A DNA stretch of 64,000 nt from Chrysomallon squamiferum (Eukaryota; Animalia; Mollusca): positions 7,874,001 through 7,938,000 of the forward strand of contig CM022670.1 in NCBI GenBank assembly GCA_012295275.1, read 5' to 3'. Positions 25,261 through 39,350 of the stretch are shown in pieces. The first letter of the stretch is position 1. Every line of letters begins with the position of its first letter. The notes below the pieces were generated by a model. The model was not told where the DNA came from, did no database searches, and saw only the letters and a program-made list of their open reading frames with translations. The position numbers were made by a program, and so were the translations under genes.

Positions 25261-28200
25261 GGCCAAAACGTCAAGACCCGAGTCTCTTGTTTGAACATGA
25301 AGTGTCAAAGTCCACTGATGAAATTCTTCAGTGATTATGACGATGAGGATTAACTATTCAAGTAGTCACGCTTATAATTCTGTTAAGTATATTCACCTTC
25401 TCAAACAACAGAATAAACATGTCTTTGTACATTTGTAAACAGTATATGGTAAGACTATGTTTTAGAAGTGTTGAAGTGATTGAACACATATATAAAGCAC
25501 GGTTTTGAGAATTAGCTACAAATTACCCAGTCTTTCGTACCCTGCACATTTCAGATGGTAATCTTCAGTGTTTTTACACCGGCATCCGAATTTTGTGCTT
25601 TCTACTTTATTAAGAACAGATTATCTCACTAACACTGGTTTAAATATAACTGGTTAATTTATCAAATAATTGTACTTTCAATACGACTCCAGTAATGCAA
25701 GCTGCTGTCAGCTGTTTCCAACCGGTGTTCAAACCATGAAACACTGTAACTTTTATTAATGAATATCCGTGAGTGGGTGGATATTTGTTTTATTTGTTTT
25801 ATTTTATTTATTTTTGTTGTGTTTCTATGCGACAGACACGCCCGCTGACCTGTCAGAATGCGTGCCCGTTGTAGATGTGCTTCACAACAGCTTGCTCTGA
25901 TTAGCACGTTAATTTTTTTCAAGGTTTCTTCAAGGCTGTGTTGCTTCTTCCTCCTTGTCTACTTTTTTATTTATTTAATTATATAAATCACGATGCATGC
26001 ATGTATGTATGTGTGTATGTAATGCGTGCATCTTTGTATGTATGCATGTATTTAAGAATGTATGTGTGTGTGTGTGTGTGTATATGCATGTGTGTTTGAG
26101 TACGTATTTCTGCATGTGTGTTTGTGTATGTATGCATCGCTTAATATTTTAATAGTAAGAAATGGCAGAACTAGAAATAGTTATAATATATTAGTATTTA
26201 AAGTAATAATAGCTGTAATAACACTAATAATAGTAAAGTAGTATTATCTGAAGTAGTAGAGGTAATAGTAATAGCAGCAGTACTATTACATGTGTATGTA
26301 ACATAAGGAATGGTAAATGTTATTTTAATTCTCAAAAATTAAATGTACTAAAGCTTAGTTTGCTGTAATTTCTGACTAGGAGAAAAACTGCATAAATATA
26401 GGATTTTTCTTAATCAAATGAAATTAGTCGAAGGATTCGAAATCAAACTGAAACATTGATATTTGTGATATTTTAATTATAACGTTTATAACAGCCATGC
26501 ACATATTGCAAGAACGGTAACTCTGAATTAATTATGTTTACATTAGCGGCAGTCCCCCCGCAAAAAAAAAAAAAAAAAAAGATTTAGATAAAGGACGCGA
26601 TTATGCCTTGGAAAGTAAAGTAAATTGCACGTGCTCCCACTAAAGCAACCGCCTGAAGAAGAAAACCCTAAAGTAGTTAGCTATTTTATCTGATTGTTAT
26701 TGTCTTTATTAATATCTGTTGTCCTGTTACTGGAAGCAAAACGAATGTATTTGTTTAATAACAGATCCTCACGTTTCTGTTGTTTTACATTAGTCACTGG
26801 CCTTTTAGTATCATTTACTCAGCAGTAACCGTAGACATATTTAGCGCATAATAAAGTGCACTGTCGCACGTGCGCTGTGTATTCAAGCTCTGGAATGCTT
26901 CCATAAAGTAAATGTTGACGTTTGTGTTTAAACTACGAATAATTTAAGCAGTTAAATGAAGAGATGATTACGTTTTTTCTTTCTTCAGAATGATATTGAA
27001 GATTCATGACAACAAAGTTAACAAAGGACATTAATTCATTAAGCTAATCTGAGAACTTGAAACGGATTTCTGTAATTGCTAAATGTCGAGTTCTGCTGCT
27101 GGAAACCTAGGTAACCACAAATAACCGCCCCCACGCGTCCAGCCTCTGCAAGCAACACCATACACCGTAACTGTGTTCTGTACGTTATAATCTGTGAAAT
27201 AATTTAACTTGTATCAAAACAGATCATTCGAAAACATTATTCTAAAACGAACTTAACAAAGGATATATATTTGTAATGGTTATCCAAACCTTAGTGTTCA
27301 ACAGCAGCATAGTTCCACATTTAAAACAGTCTAAAACATTGCTATAAACAGAATATGGGTATTTAATATATATATATATTAAAATAATTATAATATTTCT
27401 AATTAAGCTTTCAGTTTCGGTAAGGTCTATGGAAGACCACCATGTCCACCATGATAAATTATTATTAAAATATTTTAAACTATTTGTTACTTCAGAATAT
27501 TTCAAGTCTACAAAAAGATTTAATATTAAAAATGATATATTAAAAGAAGTGTTGTTGGCAGTTCCAGGTCACAAGAAATGACATAATACAATCCTCCGAA
27601 AAAGGTTTCACATATCACAACAAACTCGAAGAACGAACAAATAGATTCTCCTAGCTGAAAACCAAATAAGGTAAAACCGAAAAATGTCGATTATTTGAAA
27701 ACGGTGGATTAATAATAATAAAAAGAAGAAGAAAAAGAAGAAGAAGAAGAAGAATTGGCAAAAGTTAAAATTAAAAATGTTCTGGAAACGAAGCATCCTC
27801 TGTTATTTTTTACACCAGAAAAAAATTAAAATAAAATGTATTCTTCTGTAGCCTGCCATCATAATTGTTACAGTGTCAAAATTGCTACACCTTATTGTAG
27901 CAATTTTAAATAATATTATAAATTCATAAAATACGTTAATAATAAGTACTGTACAGGAAACCAAAGCTGAACACTAATTTACATATTTTATCGAAACACA
28001 TACAAAATGTTAACAAACTGTCAAAATACCAGAAGTTTATTATACTGTAATCGGAAATTCTTACCAAGTTAAATTATCCAAATCTTATGTTATGGCGATC
28101 CGAATATTAATAATATTCAAGAACATAATAATTCCACGTTTAAAACTGTCTAAAACTTTGCTATAAACAGAACTGGAGTAATTAATAACTGTTCTACTTT

Positions 28201-29551
28201 CATCCTTTTCATCTATCCAGTCTAGTTCAGATTAAATAACGTTAAGAAATATTAATGAAATAAATAAATAAATAATAATAAAAAACCTTTTATGGCCTTT
28301 TCTTCCACTGCTTTCCAGTCCTTGTTAATAAATTTAGTTAAAAGAATAAATGAGGTTTGTGCTCATTTTAAAATATTGACATTTGGGAGGAGCTAATTTC
28401 TCGTTATACATTTGGCCAACCCCGAGTTCTCTCTTCAAGCGAACCAATAATACTGTTAATAAAAGGATTTATTTTTTAAATTTTTTTAATGTTTTTTTTA
28501 ATAATTAAGGTTATTTCCCGCCAGGGCCAAGATGAACAATGGATGGTTATGATAATTAAACTGATAACCTATACAGCGGCCGGCGACCCTCATATGGTGC
28601 GAGCAGGTGTGTAATTTATTAATAAAACTTTATGAACAACAAATAATCTATGAATGATGTTTATTGAATATACACATGCTGAAGATAACAAGGATATGAC
28701 AATTAGTCTTACATTTTATCTTCTCTCTTATGTGTTTTTTTTTTTTTTGTTGTTGTTGTCATTAATACACTTATAGACTGGCGATTGGATGGATAAAACC
28801 AGATGCAAAATATTCCTGTGAAATTGTCGAGTATGATGAGCAAAATTGTGAAAATGCCCTTAGGCCCAACAACAGTATACATAATTGATCTGAACACAGA
28901 TTTATTTACATTAAATTGCCAAGAGTAACTGTACTTAAATCGTTAATGCTCATTTCTAGATAGATTTTTCTTTTATTATTGTCATTATTATTATTTTTCT
29001 TTTTATAGTTTTTCTGGCTCTTTATTTATTTTATTTTTTATTATTTATTTGTTTATTAATTTATTTATTTATTCTTTTTCATTGTGTTTTAAGTTGGGGA
29101 GGTGGGGTTTTATTTAATGTGGGTTTTTTTTTTCTGGTTTCTTTCTTTTTCTTCTTTTTTTCACTTTAATTATATATTTTACATAGATAATTTTTGTTAA
29201 CATACTTATATTTAAGTATAACTCCTAATATCTATTAAATTTATTTTATACTGAATTATAAATAAGCTATAAATACAATATACGTAATAATCTAAATGCA
29301 TTGTTAATTTCGTTACCGGAAAATGTAAATCACACTTTTACACCAGAGTCGAGCGACTGGAGTATGAGAACATTTCTTTCATTAGCATTTGGAACGTTTA
29401 TTAATTTTGTCCACACATAGAAAAGGTAACAGCTGTGAGTGACTGGACAGTGTGTTAGGATAAAACAAAACGAAACACAAAACATAGTACAACCAATAAT
29501 AAATTTTACTCAAAGAAAAAAAAAAATAGATGGATAGTTCGTTAGTTATGT

Positions 29552-29629
<78 letters not shown>

Positions 29630-30644
29630 GTCTTAAAAGTAATATAAACTGAACTATTTTAATTAAGTGATTGGCACTTAACACAACAAAAATGTACAAA
29701 ATGACATACTATTTATTTTATACCTAATTAGACATCACTGCACGACATTAACGAAAAGACATCTACGCATGGAGTAGATGACACCAATTCATAAAATGAA
29801 GTCATTTTTTTTTTTTTTTAAAGAAAATATACAATAATAATTTATTTATGACAAAGATACAGTAAATAATAGAATGTAAATTCGTTATCATACATGCATA
29901 ACGTGACCAATGTTTGGTGAAGCATGACTGTAACATGATTTTTTTGCTAAATTACACTGAATTTTATTCTAATTGTCACACGTACGCTTTCATGTATTAA
30001 CTATTTTCATAACAATGTCAGATTTTTGTTAAAATTAATGATAACGTGAACAATTTGTGAACAATGAGAACATTCCTTGTGACAGGCTTTTAATATATTG
30101 ATTACTTTACAAGCACTCAAAACGAGAAATGTGTTAAAATTATTATTCAGTTACTTTTCAATGGATTTGAAATATTGTTGAACCAGATCCTTCACTCATC
30201 ATGTCACATAATTATACATTTCAAACTTCATGTACAGTATTCATCTAACATAATACAATGTTGATTTTTCAGCTAAAAATATAATCATGATTTTTACAAA
30301 ACATTACTTCTTATTTATATCCATAAACATTTGTGAATGTATGACTAAGCCATGTATCAATAATAACGAAAAGAACAAAAACACAAGTTTTTATTAAAAT
30401 CTATAAATGATTCTAATAAAAGTGAATAAAAAAAAAAAATTGTGTAAGTGAAGATTATCTTTGTTGAAAATATAATTAAAAAAAAATGTATATAAAAAAA
30501 TTATAAATTAAAGTTTAAAAAAAAAAAAAAAAAAATGTTATTAATGAGCAACATCAGGTTTATTTCTGCCATTAAAAAGCCTTTTAATTCCAAAAGTTCT
30601 TAAATAGATACAAAAAGAAATGAAATATAAAACGATTTTAAAAC

Positions 30645-33600
30645 TCAGCATCCATTACTGATTCTGTTTTTCTCAGCAAACTCTTGACTCAGAGTCTTCA
30701 TGACATCTTTGTGACTCAGTTCTTTACAATTTCTTCTTATTTCCCCGTAATTTTCTTTGACAAACAGAGCAAACCTGTTTGGTGTCCGAGGGGTTCTGGG
30801 CGTGCCTGAAGGGGTGGTGCTGTTCTGAGAGGTCAGTCTCACCTGAAACCTGCCACGACAGTGACCACACACTTTGCGGTCAGTGTCCAGTGATTTGGAA
30901 TGTCGACCAATACTGAAATAAGAAAATGTAAAAATAATCATTTTTATTTCTGTCCATTTATTTTATTTTTATTATGTTATTTAATTCTTCAATTCAAAAC
31001 ATGCATACTGAGATATTATTAATGTATTAGCAAGTTATTGTTTAATACTGTTCATATTTCAAACTTAAATAAATCTTACATTTTTTTTAACTAGTTAATT
31101 GTATAATAAAAACTATTTATCTGCATGTGTAATTTTATATTTTATAACATTATCTAAAATCAATATCTCCTTCAGTGAAGAAATTTAATATATATTTATG
31201 TCACTATAAATAACATTTAAAAAATATTTTACTTCAAGATGTTTATCATTATCAAAAGAGATTAAGACTCCTTATCCATAAAAAAAAAAAAAAAAAAAAA
31301 ATACAATCTACCATATCCTCAGTCTTTCAGGAATTATATTGACCATTTCTACATACAAAATGACATAGCACAAAAACTGGTAATTAAAATAAATAAATAA
31401 ATAAATAAATCTTTTGCTCTTTTTGCCTATTTACTCAGTCTTTGCTGACTTGATATCATCACTACCCAGACATATTTGAATGACTAAAACTTTGTAATTT
31501 CAGTTATAATTTGTTGTTAGCAAAAATTGGCCTACAGAAAATTAAACCACTATGCTATAAATACAAAGAAATGTGTTTACATTATTTCTGTGACCAACAT
31601 CATACTTCAACACATTTTACTGTATTAAAGCCTAAATGTAAAGACTGACTTCCAGAAAACAAACCTGTAACCACACTGAGTACACTCATAAGTGTATTTT
31701 GTGTTGATACTGTAGCTATGGCAACGAGCTATCATTGGAATTTCTCTGTGACTTCTATTTGCTTTCCTTGCCCTGAAAAGATCAAATTAAATTTTACAAA
31801 TAAATTTTAAAATATTAATTGTTTACATTTTATTTTAAATTTAATGTACCCTTGCCATAATTCTTGGGCTTCCTTCATGGATTAGAAATAAAATATTTTA
31901 TTTAGATGCACCTTCCCAATGGCAGAAAGATAGGTAGTACTACCTCTGATAAAATAAAAAATGTGGAACACTGGGTGGAAAGTGAAACAATTCAGTTAGT
32001 GCAATAAACTATTGTATATATCTAAGTAAATATTCCAGTTACTTATTTGCATCCTCCATAACATCAAAAATAATATTAATAATCATAATTATAACAGTAA
32101 ACAAATAAATAAATAAAAGTTAAGTAAGTAAATTAATATATAAATAAATAAATAATAAAGTAAGTAAATAAATTAATAAATAAATGAATATAAATAAACA
32201 CATAAGTAAATTAGCAAATAAGTAAATAAATAACTTAAAATTAAAATGTTTTCTGACCAGTATTTCCAGAAAGGCCCATGTCCATCTCTTTTCTTGTTGA
32301 GTATCCACACTGCAGCATGACACAGTTCATGTATCAGAGTGTCTCGAACACGCTCTGCAGAGTAAAATCACATTCCAAATATTTGTAATTAAATGACTAA
32401 ATGATTGCTTAAAGACAAAACAGTAATCAGCTAGTGGGTGTCATTCTATGGTCATAATAATGAAGATAAAAATAAAATAAACTGGTATAAAAAGCTGATT
32501 TGTAATATTTTAAATCTGTCTGCAACGTAACTAGGTATAAAACACAAAATGTTTGAAATTTATTATAGAAATTAATCTGTTTTAGAACATTTAAGAAGAA
32601 TTTGTGAATGAAATCAGTGAGACCTTAAAACCAAAATAAAACTTTCAAAAACCTTTATAAACATCCTCCAAGTTACATAATACAAAAAAATGTATATAAT
32701 TAAAAAAATGAATATTTTCTTTATTTGTAATATATATATAAAAGCAGTTTGTTTATAAGAATAGTATCTGTATGAAATTCTGATAAGTTCAATAGTTAAT
32801 ACAAAGAGAGGCTGTTTTTGTTACCTGCAGTGTCACAAACTTTAGTTGACAATTCAATCTTAGCAGAGTAATCTTTCTTGTAAACACAGAAGCCAGCTGT
32901 TCGTAACAATCTCTTGTTCCACTCAATCTCAAATGTTTCCGGAAGCTGTAAAATAAACATTTTATAAAATAAAATAAAATAAAATAAATAAATAAATAAG
33001 AAAATTAATAATAAAGTGAGACTGGAGTGGCAAATTTTCACCATTGTTTTGAAAGTCACATGACAGAAAAGTAACTTTATATTTTCTTTACAAGGTTAAT
33101 AACTGTTTGTAGTTTTGATGAATTGTAATGCAAAATATTAAAAACTGGAAATGAATGTTAAAAAAACAATAATCAAAGATTATGTTTATATTTAATTATC
33201 TTCCTAAAAGTGAGAAAAAGATTTTAAAATATATAATGTAATAAATATATAATTTTTATACAAACTTTATTATCAAAAACTGTATTGTTGTATAAATGAA
33301 ACAATCTTCTGACCAATTCATCTTTGTACTTCTTGAAGCTTTTCACATATCTAAACAAATAAAAAAAATCGTTTTAAGATATACATTATTTTTAAAATGT
33401 ACAAAATCAAATTCAAAACAATATACAGAAACTGTTCTGCTTCTGTGCTGACTTTTCAAGATTAAAAAATTAAAATATTTCAGACATTATTACAATTATT
33501 ATAAAAGGAAAGTAACTTTGACAGATTTTTGTTTGAATTTTACATTGATTATGTATCATCTGATCAAAAATCTCACCTAGTTGATTCAGGATGTCTTTTG

Positions 33601-33840
33601 TTTTCATCAATGGAGTCGGTTGTCAAAGACTTCAAAAAACTATAAGTTTCTGTTTTACAATGTTTGACATCTGTATCTGTTAAATAAGTTAAAAAAATAT
33701 ATATTAAAAATAAAAAAATTTTACTCTTTGTTCCAGTCTTTTAACATCAGCACATAAGAAACATTCCTAAAGATTTTAAATTATGCATAATCTAAAACAC
33801 AAAATATACACTGCAGATATTGGCTTTAAAATATTTTAAT

Positions 33841-33871
<31 letters not shown>

Positions 33872-36800
33872 ACATTTTAGTAATTAAGTAAAGTAAATTA
33901 GGTGAGACTTTGAAATCATCTTTTCAGATAAATAATTGTCTTATTTTTAAGATATTTATAACATTTTACTACACTAAGAAAAGAAACTAAATAATATAAA
34001 TTCTCATCAAAAACATTTGTCAACTATTTAAATATATAGAACAACCTTTTTTCTCTTTTCTTGGCCTCACAGCAGATTTTGGAGTGGGTTTCACAAACAC
34101 ATCTTGATCATCACTGTCTGAAGATACAGTAGCTTTTTTAACTCCAGCAGTCACAGATTTCTTTACATGAGGTGTGTGTCTGACTGGTGGGAGAAACTCT
34201 TCATCACTGCTTGAGTCAGTGACAAACTTCATCTTTTCACTGTGTTTTGTAGCTTTCAAAGCTGGAGTTATTCTAAAACAGAAACACAAACTGGCTATTT
34301 GACAAATATTTATCTTACGATGTTACAGGTATTATTATCAGTTATACAAAAATGTAGGTATTCATCAAAACAACAAAGAAAGGATGATCAAAAAATGTTC
34401 ACATCATTATTTCTAAATTATTCCTTAAGTATTAAATTTGCAATAATTCAGTAAAATGATTATGAATCATATCTAACATTAGCTAAACTTAAAATACTTA
34501 AATAGTTGTTATATTTGTTCAGATGACAAACATATGCTAACAACAAAGAATGAAATGAAAATAATATAAATTTTAAGCAGTATTTCAAATATTTTAAACA
34601 CTCATAGGATTGATTAACAATTTTGGACTATTCCATTATTTTGTATAAAGATTTAATCAACAGTAATATTCAAACAGGTACCGCAAATAAGAACAATTTG
34701 TAAAGTGGTATAATTTTTATCTTTTTATTATTTTACAAACTGAGGAAATGCTACCTAACAGCAGTGTTGTAAGAAGATGTTGTACAAGGTGTATAAAAGC
34801 ATTCATCATCAACATCAGCTTCTTCTTCATCTGCCTTATTTTCATTCTCATCCTTTATATCATCACTAACATCATCAGCATCGTTCTCTTCATCATCAGA
34901 ACTGACTTCACCATCACCGACTATGAATTCTTTCAAGACTTCTTTTGTAACTGGTGGTTTTTGTTTCTTACTGGATCTTATCTTTTGAAAAACTAGAAAT
35001 GTAAATTAATCATTTACATATTGCATTATTTTTTCAGGTTTTTTTTTTTTTTTTTTTTTGGTATTTTTGGAAGTTTTGTTGTTTTTGGGGGCGGGTTGAG
35101 GTGGATTGTGCTAAGTTAATGATTCAAGAATAAAATATTAATTTAGTTTAGTTAATCTTACCAAATCATTTCATACTCACAAAGTTCAAGGTCTTCCTCT
35201 TCACTCGAGTCACTGGACATCTTTTGTAGTCTAAATTAAAATTTATAATTTTTTTATAAACAACAATAAAATAGTTTAGAAATTTATTAAAAATTTGTCA
35301 GTGTGTCACAATTTGAACTAACTGGTTTTTCAACAAATGTGAGAAATGCCTGAATAGAATGCATCTACTTTTTCAAGATTACAGATGACATTTCCACCAC
35401 TTATTAAATTACAACAGTAGAAGAGTATTAAACTCACTTTAACAATTAAATCTCACCTCCATGAACCAGCTGCCTTAGTCACATGATTCTGTCCACATCT
35501 TCCTTTAGACTTCACTCCACTGTGATCAATTTTTCCAGAAGTTAAAGAAAATTTACTCTTCAATTTTTTATTCTTCACCCCACTTTGCTTTTGACTCTGT
35601 ACTTTTATAGTGTTATTTTTCAATAAGTCAATGTCAGTTCTTACAGAGGTAGCATTATTAAAGTTAGAATCGTCTTTTCCTGCCATGCCATCTAGTCTGT
35701 GAGTTAGATCAAGGATGTCTGCATTTTCCTCAGTCACATTTTGTTGAGACAAGATTGTACTTGTGCAGGTTTTGAAAGAATCGTCACTTAAGTCAGGTAA
35801 AGAGTTGTCTGAACTTGACAACGAATGTGTCTGATTCCTCACCTCCATTTGTTTTATTCTGATCCTTTCCATGACAATTTTATTTTTAGAAACATTTTTG
35901 TGTGCAACAGAGTCATTGCTTCTTTCCAAGACCTTTAGTTCAGCTTTCCTGGCAGTGTCTGAATTGTTTGAAATCTTTACATCATCAGTATCTGAGTGTA
36001 AAGACTGAAGTACAGAAGATGTCTTTGTATGATTTTTGTAGTCTTCTGTTTGCATCGATCTATCTACAACATCAACAAATGAATCTTGTTCTTCAGAAGA
36101 AACATTTTCTGACTTGGTATCATTTTCACATTCACCTTCAGATGTATCCGAATTTTTCCAAACTTGATCAGTTTGAACTGAGCAGTCCACCACTTCACAA
36201 GAACTAGAAAAAGAATCTTTTACAGAATTTCCTTCTTTGGCTAAAACAGAATAAAATTTCTCTTGACTATCTTCATCATCACTTTCGGGAATAACCAACA
36301 CAGCCTTTTCTCTTTTCTGATCCTTTTCACCAGTTATTTCACGCCACAGTAATAATGTATCTTTGTTTTCACTGAGTACATGTAACATCCCATCTTTCAA
36401 CAGGGGAGACATTTTATCAAAATTCTCAGACTTTTTAAGAATGTTTAACTGTTCATAGGAGCCATTTTCAAAAGTTTCATAATGACCATTATTAGAACTG
36501 ACTGTAGTATCAGCTAGATTTAAAGCACTGATGCTCTCTCGACTATGAATTCGTGTTGACTCAATTAACGGAACTCCGATATCTTCCAGAAATGACAACT
36601 CAGAATTCAAAATAGAATAGTCTGACTGCTCAAATCCAGTTCTAGAAGTTTCAACTGATTTTTTGGACTGGAGTACAAAGTTATTTCCATTTTCAAATCC
36701 TTTTGTTTCAAGAACATCTTCCTCTTTCTTGAGATAAACAGATTTTTTATAAAGTTTGTGTAAATCTGTTTCTGCCCTTGATGATTTCAGAGGAATGGTT

Positions 36801-37891
36801 CCCTCACTGATAGGAGTTGCTACTGGAACCTTGAAAATTTTCTTCACTGCCCCATTCTCTTCAGATATAACTGCAACATTTTAAAATTAACACAAGAAAT
36901 AATTTAATATTTCTTTCTGTCAGAAATAATAAAAGAATACCTATTAACATTAGTATTCACAGAAAAAAAAACGATTTAACATTTGTTTAAACCAGTATAA
37001 AAATATGAATATGAAAATTGTTTTATTATTTATTATTTTATCCATTTATATCCAGGCAAAAGTAGACTGCCAGAAAAATCTATAATAATTAATATTAATA
37101 AACTTGTGTCACTTGTAGATATATATTTTTATGTAAGTATTGCAAAAAGATGATTATTATTATAAATAACATTTAAAATATTCTTCATATGAATTTGTCT
37201 TATGTTCCATAACCTTGCAATTTCAAATCACTTTATTTAAAAATATAGTGGTATGTAATTTGTCTTTTGTTATTTGCTAGCAGTATATTTTAACATTTGG
37301 TTCCAAATTAGTGACTTACTTAATACATCATAAATATCTGTTAATGCTAAATTAAATTATAGTAAAAGAAATAAAAAATTACACAAGATGGAGTCATTTA
37401 CAAAAGAACTTTCAGCTATAAAAAATAATAAAAATTAAATTTAAACCTCTCTCGATTTTCTTCTTTTTTAGATTTTTCTTTGTACTCCTTGTTAACTGGG
37501 GAGGAAAAAATGAACAAAAATGTATTCAGTGATTCTTCTTTAAGTCATGTTATAAGTGCAAAATTCAAGACCTTGAATTTATTTATTGATTTGAAAATAT
37601 AATTTATAAAATCTTTAAATTTAGAATTTATATATATAGAATATTTTTCAAATTTTTTTTCTTCTACATCTTCTTTTCTTTAAGTTATAAAGCAGTGATG
37701 GATGATAGAAAATAAATTAATTTACTCAACATTAAATATCAAATAATGTTTCTTAATTATTATTATTATTCTTAATATATATATATTTTATTTTTAAGTA
37801 TTTTTGATAGTTTGTGAAAAATTAAAATAACCTTGTTTGCAATCTTTTTAAGTAAGATTTCTACATCCGAGTCAGATGTACTCTCTGACAT
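30645..37891 (-). CDS. GCNA: Germ cell nuclear acidic protein (GCNA/ACRC), SprT-like metalloprotease, ~938 aa
   Basis: Twelve phase-compatible GT-AG exons: 37891..37832, 37495..37447, 36870..35457, 35230..35181, 34992..34755, 34272..34046, 33676..33577, 33350..33266, 32945..32825, 32354..32258, 31772..31665 and 30912..30645 (2817 nt). Long acidic disordered N-terminus, WNKRLLRTAGFC, DTLIHELCHAAVW (HExxH), GHGPFWK, CTQC...CGHC Zn finger and C-terminal HMG box (NRFALFVKENY). Confidence 0.92.
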
Positions 37892-37955
37892 TTTCTCACT
37901 TTAGTAACAGACAGACCTGGAAAAAATTAAATATATAATTTTTAACACTTTATTA

Positions 37956-38005
<50 letters not shown>

Positions 38006-39305
38006 CCATTTTAACAAATTATATTTTCAAAAAAGTTTAGATGACGAAAACAATAATTTTTCTCTTCTTTTTTTATATTTGATCATAATCTGTTAAAAAG
38101 TAAATTAGCTGAATATTATTAATATGAGTTATAATTCAATTTTATTTTCAGTATTGTTTTGAGCTTCGAGTTTGATAGGATTAAATGATAAATCATTAAC
38201 ATTTTCATGATTTTGATTTTCTGTCAGTGTCACCCGGAAATTAAGTCACCGAGTTACTTTCATTCCACAACATATAATGATATATTATATTTTTTATAGT
38301 TATTCTTTCAGATGAAATTCCAGACATATATACATACATATACAACTTGGTTAATTAATTCTGAATATAATACTAATAAAGAAAAGTATGATTTCTAGTT
38401 TCACGCTATCTGTAAATGTTGAATTTACCGCCTTCAATTTCTACACTGAACGACAAATTCTGCTACGCAGCCTAATTCATATTTAACAATACTGCGGATC
38501 TATTTTGGTTTTTAAATTATGGCTATGACTATTGCATTTTTATAGAAAAATGTTTTTAGGTATATCTAATTGCCAACACATATGCAATCCCCAGTTTATA
38601 GTCCTTTTTCCTTTAATTTTATTAATTCTTTTATAATTGCAGGAATACTACTTACCATCCAACTAATATAATATTTTTGTTTTATCTCCATTGAAAGAAA
38701 TAATTACAAGCTGAAATTTCAGTTTAATTGCTCTTGGTAGAATGGATTTTAAGAAATAACTAGTTTTAAACAGTTTGATCTCGCTTTCGCATCTTTTCAC
38801 CCATATGCAATGCACAAAATGCTATATAATGGAAAACATTATTTTTCCAAGTCAAGGAGAGTTTCCTCGTTATTGTTACTATTACATGTGTAAAAAGTGA
38901 AATAGTTATTTTATTTGAATGCACATATTTTCATGTTTGTTTAGTTATCTTGATCGCCCTTTAATTAGATCATTTCATTCCTTGAATTTACTAAATAAAG
39001 CAAAAGTAAATTATTTTTATCCTATTTATTTTCTCTCACGATGTGTATTTATGCTTTATTGAACTTCATAAAATCAGTGAATCATATTCATAGGTTTAGG
39101 AATTTGTATTTCTAGGAGGTTAAAGTTTTCATCGGTGATATCGGTTTCTGTTTTATGGTGATTTTGTGAACACTACTGTAATTTGTTGCTGTTAATGTTG
39201 TACTTTGTATTAGTTATTATCTCAGAATATTTCTAACTATTCAAAATATATGTATACAAGAACAAAAGAAAACGAAATTAGCAATGGTCTACAGGAAGAT
39301 ATTCT

Positions 39306-39350
39306 TTTCCCGCGGAAGTACTTCCGGTCAATAATCATCGAAGGTAAGCG
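39306..39350. promoter_or_regulatory. Putative bidirectional promoter core: E2F site overlapping a palindromic double ETS site, followed by a plus-strand donor
   Basis: TTTCCCGC at 39306-39313, perfect palindrome CGGAAGTACTTCCG at 39313-39326 and AAG/GTAAGC donor after 39343. Lies between divergent genes. Confidence 0.6.

Larger units (their letters stand above)
20975..28650. repeat. Inverted segmental duplicate of ~922..8170 (right arm)
   Basis: Same colinear reverse-complement matches as listed for the left arm. Confidence 0.9.
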
